64,000 nucleotides of DNA from Octopus bimaculoides (Eukaryota). Position 1 is the stretch's first letter, and the number at the start of each line of letters is the position of its first letter. The position numbers and the translations under genes were made by a program. The stretch lies in the NCBI RefSeq assembly GCF_001194135.2, contig NC_068999.1, positions 6,873,102-6,937,101 of the forward strand, given 5' to 3'. This document shows, one piece after another, positions 57,101-64,000 of this stretch. A model generated the notes under the pieces. It was not told the origin of the DNA, made no database searches, and was given only the letters and a program-made list of their open reading frames with translations.

Positions 57101-60100
57101 AGTCAGAAAAATAGTTCGTTCTGCTGTTATGAGCAAACAATACGGTAGCGAAGATTTCTTAGCAGATCTGATAACTGATGCTTGTAGTGAGTATTTTTCA
57201 CTTTTATGTCCAAATTTCATTTTAGTCAAGATGTTATAACCTACCTATATGTTGTTCTGAAGTTATCCTAATCCATGTTATTTAAACTCTTTAGCATTTC
57301 AGATTACTCTTGTCAAATGTAAAGCTTTTTCATTCACATTGCTTTTAATTAATCATGCATTATCTGATAGCTTCGGAATTTTGATGTGATAATATATATT
57401 TTTAGAATGGCATTGAAAGGTAGGTGTGATAGGCTGGTTTAAATGCTAAAAGGTTAATTAAACACTTATGTAGCTAAACTCATTTAATGATTGAAACGGT
57501 AAGCAACAGAATTATTCTGACAGACAGCCTTCTGTAATTACTGTCTCGACACAGTAGTACTAGAGATTGGGATTCTTTGAAAACCAATCCTTATTAGGAT
57601 GGAACTCGTGACTTGACACTTTGGAGACATTGAAGAAACAATACTGATCTAATCATACAACTCATGAGTACAGTTAAATTAATTTACTGAAACGTTTGTT
57701 TCCAAAGCCTTTCCAGATAATTGATTTTTCTAGGCCATGGTTGGTCACTTTGGTCGCCTCACCTTAAATATTAAATGAAATATAGGTACCTGCATCATAA
57801 GTATCAATTAGTGCAGATTATAAGTTCTTGACTGTATCCGTAAAGTTTTTGAATCTGTATCAAGAACGATAACTATTGATAGATGAAATTAGCTTTGGTC
57901 ATTTCACCATAGTACATGTACCAGATGTACATGGTTGAGCTCAAATCTACTTGACCATATTTGACATTAAATTTGTTAATTTATGAATAAGACCATTCAA
58001 AGTATTCATTTTAATGTAGTGTATGACGGGTTTTTGTAAATAGTGTCACATGTACCTTGCAAAATTAAATGTCAACTGAATTTGTGAGTTATGTATCACA
58101 TGAGTAAATAATATTTTACTTCAATTTCAGCTGGAATATTATCCATGAAAAATACTTTCAATGTTGATAATGTCAGAGTCTGCAAGATTCTGGTAAGATT
58201 TTCTTCACTTTGTTTTCATTTCTATATTTCTTCATCAGTAGCTTTGCTGATTGCTTTGGAACCTTCTATTTTGTTAATTGTGTAATTTTAATTATTTGCG
58301 CAAGAAAATGTTTTATGAATTAAAACTACTGATATTTTAAAAAAATAGCAGTTTTGTGTCAAAATCTTTCTAGTTTTTTAACACCTTAAAGTAAATTTGT
58401 AGTTTCTATATGTAAGTCTTTCTCTGTTCTTAGGGTTGTAGTATGATGAATTCCAGTGTGCTTCAAGGAATGGTTTTCAAGCGTGCAGTTGAAGGTGATA
58501 TCACTAAAGCAGAGAAATGCAAAATAGTTATCTATTCCTGCCCATTAGATTCTTTGCAAACAGAAACTAAGGTAAGAGTGACCCTTTTTTTTTTTTTTTA
58601 TACACCTCCCACTAACAATACAATTGATAAGTACATTCTCCCTCTTTCTTTTTTTAAAATCTAATTCTGTCTTTTGTGACTGTTAGCATGGATCTTTCTC
58701 AAAATATTTGGTTTAGGACTTTATATTTGAGAATTAGCATCCAGGTGCAGTCAAACAGTCAAATGACTTACACAAGTGAAAGATTATAATATACTAGAGT
58801 GAGCTGATTCTTTCGGGCTTTTTTTTTCTTGTAAGTTTTAGGTATTTTCATAATTCAAATTTCATTAAAGCAGTTCAAAATTTTTACTTAACGTTTTTAC
58901 AAATGTTTGTAGCAAGTAATTTGTGACAAGAACCACCAAAACCATGGGGTAGGCAGTCCTCTGGTAATTGGCGGAGTGAAAATACTTGTGGCCAAACATT
59001 TCTAAGTTTAAGGCAGGCAGGCTATGAATTTTTTTCAGAAGTCTCCTGCTATATGACAAATAGGTTCATTTCGATTCAAGTACAAACCTTTTTGCTCACT
59101 TTAACATGAAAGGCTGGTGTTTTTATTTATAAAATGACTATTATCACCTGCACTTTAGATTTTATTATTGATGTGGATTTCTTTCAGCAATAATATTACA
59201 TTGAAGAAGTTTTAAATGCTAATAAGCTCTCATTTGAGCAATAATTTATTCCACAACAAACGTTTGGTTTGCAATTATTTGTTAAATTTATTTCACTAAA
59301 TTTTCTACTTAGCCATCTGACTACATACCTACCCAGCAATCTATCTACTTACTCATCTCCTTCCACATGTGTTTAGTCTCTCCATCTACCTTTCTATTTG
59401 TGTAAATCCTTACCTGTCTTTGTCACCTCATCTGTCAATGCAATTGAGCGTTAAAACCTAAACCAACAATTCCATAAGAAAGTTTTACTAATTTCATCCA
59501 TTTCTTAACAGGGAACTGTCCTGATAAAAACTGCCGAAGAATTGCTGAATTTTAGCAAAGGTGAAGAGGACCAAATGGAAAGGGTTAGTTTGTGTTTTCT
59601 TCTGGTAGATTATGGTGTTATTTGCTTTCTGTTTGTTTCTTTCCCCCTAATATTTTCCTGAGGTATCTAATTGCATATATTTTCATTTCAGCATATTCAA
59701 TCCATTGCTGAATCTGGTGTTAATGTGATTGTTACCGGTGGTAAAGTTGGTGAACTTAGTCTCCATTATTGCAACAAATATAACTTGCTAGTCGTTCGTC
59801 TTTTATCCAAATTTGATCTTAGAAGACTAGCTCGTTCTGTATCAGCAACTGTCCTCCCCAAAGTTGTAAGTAAACAGTTTTTCTAATATTAATCTCTTCA
59901 TAATAATAATAATAATAATAGTAATAGCTGATATGAATATTGGTTAGTTAGATTGATTCTCTGATCACACTTTCCACCATGCAGAGAGAAAGAGTAAGCA
60001 TTTGAGGTGCTAGATGAGTGTACAAACTAAGGCTTGGTGGCAGGCACTGAGTAAATGTCCCCATGTTAACAAAGTATTACTTAGAAAGTTAACCGTCATA

Positions 60101-62257
60101 TGACCAATAAGACTTAACTATGCCTGTTTTAATCTTGATTACAAAGTAATTGTGCTGATCAAAATAGCCTGATTTAGAGGTGTCTTTATATAATTCTTGA
60201 TGCTTTCATCAACAAAAGAAAATAACAAACTCTCCACAAGGCAAGCACACAGCAGGAGAGCTCTTCAGAGGAAGAACTCCCATCCAACAAGTGTTTCTGC
60301 CCTTATACCTGATGCCCTGCAGGAGTCAGGCCCACTTGGGTCATGACTCTTGTGTGTCCTGCTGCTGCTTTCCAAAATCCTGTCTCCAGCAGGATTTGAA
60401 CCTGGGTGGTTGTTTTTGTGAACTTGTGCTCCCAGGTCTGTGTTTCAGTCGACTCTGACTGACAAAGCAACCAGTTCTCTTCTTCCTTATATTCCTGTGA
60501 ATAACTAATGGAATCCATAATTAGGTCTATTAGTCATTTCTAGACTAACTTAAAAATTCTAAAGCATTTAGTTTCCGATACCAGTGTTGTCAGTGGTCAA
60601 AGCAGATGCTGTAGAAGTAAAGCTGGTGCCTGTTTTATTAGGTGCGGGCATGGCTATGTGGTTAAGAAATTCACTATATGGTTTCAGGTTTGGTCTTGCT
60701 GCGAGGCACCTTGGGCAAGGCTGACCAATGCTTTGTGAGTGAATTTGGTTAATGGAAATAAGTACTGGGGTCAAATTGACTAAACCATTCCATCAGCTGC
60801 TCTGCATGGCTGTAGTCCACTGATTGAATCAAAAGACAAGTCTGGACTTCAGATTTTAATTTTAGTTATGTCCACTTCAAAGAACATCTTTTCGTACTTA
60901 ATCCACCTCAAAATTATGGCATTTTATTAATAAAATAAATTGACTGTTTGGGAATATGTTAGTGGCTCATTTGAGAAACTTGCAATGTTAGAATATATAT
61001 TTTATAGTACACCTGACATATTTAATTATGCTATTTTCTATTCTAGACTGTTCCAACCACTGAAGAGATGGGGTATTGTGACCATGTTTATGTAGATGAA
61101 ATTGGAGAAACTGCTGTTGTGATATTTAAACAAGGTGAGTAGGACACCTGCATTTTATTTCTTAATTATTGATAATGATTGATGCACTTATTAGCCTGAT
61201 TGTTTATTTTTATTCCATTTTTTTTCTCTCTCTGATTTTAGAGAAGGAAGACACTGCAGTCTCTACAATTGTAGTCAGGGGTTCGTCTGACAATATTGTA
61301 GATGATATTGAAAGATGTATTGATGATGGTGTCAACACATTCAAAGCTATGACAAAGGTAAGGGCTGAAACATTAGTTGTTATATCGGTCCTGTAGTGCC
61401 TTCTATTAATTACTCCCCCCGATTCTGTTGGAAGCTAGAGATTTTCATAAGATGCTGTTAGCCAAGTACTATTATTTAAGGAAAGAAAAACAGGAATGTA
61501 TGTATATAAACTATTGCATGAATTTGGGTGAAATTTGTTGATAGCATTATAATGACTAATATACATTGAAGATGTAGTTTTAACCTGTTATTTCACTTTC
61601 ATTTACCAAGTAGTTTGAATGCAGATAAGTCAGTTTTTAAGTTTTTTTCCGGGGATGGGGTATACATTTCTGAAGGTGCATGGCTTAGTGGTTAGGGTGT
61701 TTGGCTCAAGGTCATGAGTTCAATTCCTGGCAGCACATTGTGTCCTTGAAGAAGACACTCAGTTTCACAAAAGTGATTAGTACCTGTAAATCGAATGGGT
61801 CGCAATCTGTGTCACACTGAATCTCTTTGAAAATACCTGAAAGGTATATGTGTCTGGAGTACCCAGCCACTTGCATGTTGATTTCACAAGCAGGCTGTTC
61901 TCTTCATCGGGTCAACTGCAACACTTGTTCTCAGAACTGATGGAGAGCCCCGCTCTTCTGTTAAGTTTCGTATACATCTGGAATCAGAAATATAAACTGT
62001 AGTGATACAGAAAAATACTTTCTGTAAACCAAATATGATTAATGGTCTGTGAGGACAAAGATTGAAAACTATGGCACTATTTTATACACATCTGTGATTG
62101 TGGACATTTAGTTTGTGTACCATTGTACATTGTTGTAAAATAGTGTTTTTATTAATATTATGTGATATTGCATATTTTATTGCAGGATAGTAGATTGGTT
62201 GCTGGTGGAGGTGCAGTGGAAATTGAACTGGCTAAAAGAATTACTACTTTTGGTGAG
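50325..62257 (+). CDS. CCT8: T-complex protein 1 subunit theta (CCT8), exons 1-13 (1284 nt, 428 codons); 3' exons lie beyond the window
   Basis: Thirteen GT-AG exons splice in frame to MALHVPKAPGFSSMLKEGAR-HYMGLEEAIYRNIDACKEIAKTTRSAYGPHG-QNKMIINHIEKLFVTNDAATIL...GDGTN...DSRLVAGGGAVEIELAKRITTFGE. The MALHVPKAPG N-terminus and the GDGT and AGGGA motifs are characteristic of CCT theta. Confidence 0.98.
52390..52715 (+). mobile_element. RTE-clade LINE RT C-terminal remnant in CCT8 intron 1
   Basis: Peptides RTDRKLFN, FGLNVNPK and TIDGEAFRSVDHFPYFSSNADIDGKIQYKL...AAFG..LVRVFK resemble the RTE post-YADD region; degenerate. Confidence 0.6.
53570..53660 (+). CDS. CCT8: CCT8 exon 2 (91 nt)
   Basis: ttttaacag|HYMGLEEAIYRNIDACKEIAKTTRSAYGPH|GTAAGG. 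Confidence 0.97.
53903..54045 (+). mobile_element. Family C retroposon short 3' fragment in CCT8 intron 2
   Basis: Near-identical to 27176-27322 and to the reverse complement of 22254-22413; GAT tail. Confidence 0.85.
54816..54895 (+). CDS. CCT8: CCT8 exon 3 (80 nt)
   Basis: tttgcag|(G)QNKMIINHIEKLFVTNDAATILNELS|GTAAGT. Confidence 0.97.
55602..55841 (-). mobile_element. hAT-Charlie-type MITE (240 bp)
   Basis: Ends CAGTGTTTC / reverse complement CAGTGCTACTCAAAGTGGTGGTCCGCAG; 8-bp TSD ctctagac / gtctagac fits the Charlie target NTCTAGAN. Confidence 0.75.
55940..56071 (+). CDS. CCT8: CCT8 exon 4 (132 nt)
   Basis: VQHPAAKMLVMASQQQEQECGDGTNAVLILAGSFLEHAEELLRM; contains the GDGT ATP-binding motif; AG/GT flanks. 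Confidence 0.97.
56738..56807 (+). CDS. CCT8: CCT8 exon 5 (70 nt)
   Basis: tttgtag|GLSVPEVIEGYEIAYAKAVEYLP|GTATGG. Confidence 0.95.
57058..57186 (+). CDS. CCT8: CCT8 exon 6 (129 nt)
   Basis: (D)LVVGQVKDLRNREEVRKIVRSAVMSKQYGSEDFLADLITDAC; donor GTGAGT. Confidence 0.96.
58131..58192 (+). CDS. CCT8: CCT8 exon 7 (62 nt)
   Basis: (T)GILSMKNTFNVDNVRVCKIL; AG/GTAAG flanks. Confidence 0.96.
58434..58571 (+). CDS. CCT8: CCT8 exon 8 (138 nt)
   Basis: GCSMMNSSVLQGMVFKRAVEGDITKAEKCKIVIYSCPLDSLQTETK. Confidence 0.97.
59512..59583 (+). CDS. CCT8: CCT8 exon 9 (72 nt)
   Basis: GTVLIKTAEELLNFSKGEEDQMER; donor GTTAGT. Confidence 0.96.
59692..59865 (+). CDS. CCT8: CCT8 exon 10 (174 nt)
   Basis: HIQSIAESGVNVIVTGGKVGELSLHYCNKYNLLVVRLLSKFDLRRLARSVSATVLPKV. 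Confidence 0.96.
60290..60460 (-). mobile_element. Older tRNA-derived SINE fragment in CCT8 intron 10
   Basis: Minus-strand B-box GGTTCAAATCC followed by a GC-rich core (gagtcatgacccaagtgggcctgactcctgcagggcatcag). Confidence 0.5.
61047..61134 (+). CDS. CCT8: CCT8 exon 11 (88 nt)
   Basis: TVPTTEEMGYCDHVYVDEIGETAVVIFKQ; donor GTGAGT. Confidence 0.96.
61242..61357 (+). CDS. CCT8: CCT8 exon 12 (116 nt)
   Basis: (E)KEDTAVSTIVVRGSSDNIVDDIERCIDDGVNTFKAMTK. Confidence 0.97.
62186..62257 (+). CDS. CCT8: CCT8 exon 13 (72 nt)
   Basis: DSRLVAGGGAVEIELAKRITTFGE; donor GTAAGT. Confidence 0.97.
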
Positions 62258-62900
62258 GTAAGTCAAATCAGTTGAATTGTACTAAAATTTAATTTATAGC
62301 TGTTAATATAAAATATATATACATACACACACACAAACACTCACGTACTATATGGCAACCATGGCTGTGCGGTTAAAAAGCCTGCTTCCTAATCATATGG
62401 TCTTGAGTTCAATCTCACTGCATGACACCTTGTGAATAGGAGTTTGGTACAGAAAATGGTTTCGTCTTTTAGACATTTCTAGACAGCTGCTTGCACATGA
62501 AGGATGGAGCTATGTTAATTTCATGAGCAGGTTGTTCTGTTGATCAGATTAACTGGAAACCTTGTAGGCAATGAAGTGCCAGTCTTTTTTATTTGTTTGT
62601 TCCATTGACATGATAACAATAGCCAGATCTGGGCTATTTTCTTCTCCAGTACTAATGAAAGCAACATAAGATATCTTGTGTATGCTGTGTGATCTCTTGT
62701 TGCACACTGGTCTTTCTGGCTATGGAAATCACATTTTAGATCACTAATTCTGTTTTGTTTCAAGTCTTATTCAATGAGGATGATAACAATTCTTTCATAA
62801 GATTCTGGATGTGGGTTTTCTAACTGTTCAACATGCTTCCCCAAATGTTGCCGTTCATTACAGCCAGGACTTTCTCTTTGGTATTGGTTCGAGTAATGTG

Positions 62901-62982
62901 ACTGTTGCCATGATGATTCCCATGTTGGATTCCCCTTCTGATTTGATATGGAGACATTCAACTTTCTGATAACTGCAACAGT
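62901..62982 (+). ncRNA. Intronic box C/D snoRNA, copy 1 (predicted 28S rRNA 2'-O-methylation guide)
   Basis: Perfect 8-bp terminal stem ACTGTTGC (62901-08) / GCAACAGT (62975-82). Box C ATGATGA 62910-16, guide GTTGGATTCCCCT 62924-36, D' CTGA 62938-41, C'-like ATGGAGA 62948-54, box D CTGA 62966-69. Sense strand of CCT8 intron 13. Confidence 0.82.
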
Positions 62983-63784
62983 TTGTGTGTATGTGTATTT
63001 CTCTTTTTATATAAGTGGAGACAAATGGTTTAATGGTTAGGGTGTTTGGCTCATGGTCGTAGGTTCAATTCCCAGCAGCATGTTGTGTCCTTGAGCAAGA
63101 CACTTTATTTCACGTTGCTCTAGTCTACTCAGCTGGCAAAAGTGAGTTGTGTTCTAGATTCAAAGGACCGGCCTTGTTGCATTCTGCTTCATGCTGAATC
63201 CGAAAAATATGTTAAAGGTATGCGTGTCTGTGGAGTGCTCAACCACCTGCATGTTGCTTTCATAAACAGTCTGTTCTGTTGATTTGATCGACTGCAACCC
63301 TTACCTTAACCAACAGAGTACCAGTCATATAGGTATAATGATTGTGGTGACTGACTTCATTGGATATCTGATGAAAGCTAATAGGTTGAAACATCGGAGT
63401 CACTGTTGCCAATCTTCCAGTGAAACGATATAAATACAAAAAATGGAACAAAAACGCCATGGAGGACGATAAAACATTCGGACAGATAGATGACCTGAAG
63501 GTGGACAAGAGAAACAACAATTAGGACAGGCAAAAAACAATGGGTGGCCTTCTTTCCTCAGTCAAGTTACCAGAAGTCCTTACTGTTTCGGGCAGTTACA
63601 CTTGAGACAATTCGATCTGGTTGCCCCCAATAAAGTTAAGACCATTAGATTTTTTTGTCAGAAAGTTAGCGAATGTGTATGGTATGTTCTCATGGGTATT
63701 TATGTATAGATGCTGGCAGGGCTGGGGTTATTTAAAAAGTTGGCTTTAATTTCTCTCTTTTCTCTTTCTCCTCGTTGAGGTCAT

Positions 63785-63873
63785 CTGTTGTTAACGTTAA
63801 ATATGATGATGATTATATGGATTCCCCTTCTGACTTCTATGGAGATGTTCCATTTTCTGATTACTGGCAACAG
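63785..63873 (+). ncRNA. Intronic box C/D snoRNA, copy 2 (paralogue of copy 1)
   Basis: Terminal stem CTGTTG (63785-90) / CAACAG (63868-73). Box C ATGATGA 63803-09, guide TGGATTCCCCT 63818-28, D' CTGA 63830-33, ATGGAGA 63839-45, box D CTGA 63857-60. Confidence 0.8.
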
Positions 63874-64000
63874 TGTATGGCATGTGTGTGTGTGTACTAA
63901 GAAATGAGTCTTTTGTCATCTAAAAACAAATGTGATGAATGAACAGTCTACTTGGGGATGACTGCCCAGTTGCAAAACAATGCCTAAAATGTATTCATCC

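Noticed and set aside
57875-57969. H-box/hairpin/ACA in CCT8 intron 6
   Set aside because: Too short, no pseudouridylation pocket at the right distance, weak 5' hairpin
58995-59060. Hairpin GCAGG...CCTGC followed by ACA in CCT8 intron 8
   Set aside because: No adjacent H box or canonical pocket geometry
62258-64000. Search for CCT8 exon 14 (PGLEQYAI-like)
   Set aside because: Not found; this stretch is treated as intron 13 continuing past the window
1-64000. CRISPR arrays, rRNA genes or prokaryotic operons
   Set aside because: None seen; the spliced genes and repeat content show this is animal nuclear DNA

Overview
Eukaryotic, AT-rich, microsatellite- and SINE-dense DNA typical of an octopod cephalopod (probably Octopus; species is inferred from repeat content, not proven). 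It has nine N-gaps totalling about 3.6 kb. Two protein-coding genes sit head-to-head with 603 nt between their ATGs, and neither is captured properly by the ORF track because the exons are short. (1) Macoilin (MACO1/TMEM57), minus strand: coding exon 1 is 49721-49642, followed by a 44.5-kb intron 1, then exon 2 at 5161-5020; the rest runs off the left end. (2) CCT8 (chaperonin TCP-1 theta), plus strand: 13 exons from 50325 to 62257 (428 codons), continuing past the right end. The best hidden signal is a pair of paralogous box C/D snoRNA genes in CCT8 intron 13. Their conserved D' guide is antisense to the 28S rRNA motif AGGGGAAUCC(GAC), predicting 2'-O-methylation of the G equivalent to human Gm3606/3627. 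Other observations are an inverted retroposon pair bracketing macoilin exon 2, a 57-bp-arm hairpin, a CpG-retaining domain inside macoilin intron 1 with a candidate alternative first exon, a five-fold TTCCGTA motif cluster in the bidirectional promoter, and degenerate CR1, RTE, mariner, maT, hAT and piggyBac-type elements. Most ORF-track entries are microsatellite, SINE or gap artefacts.
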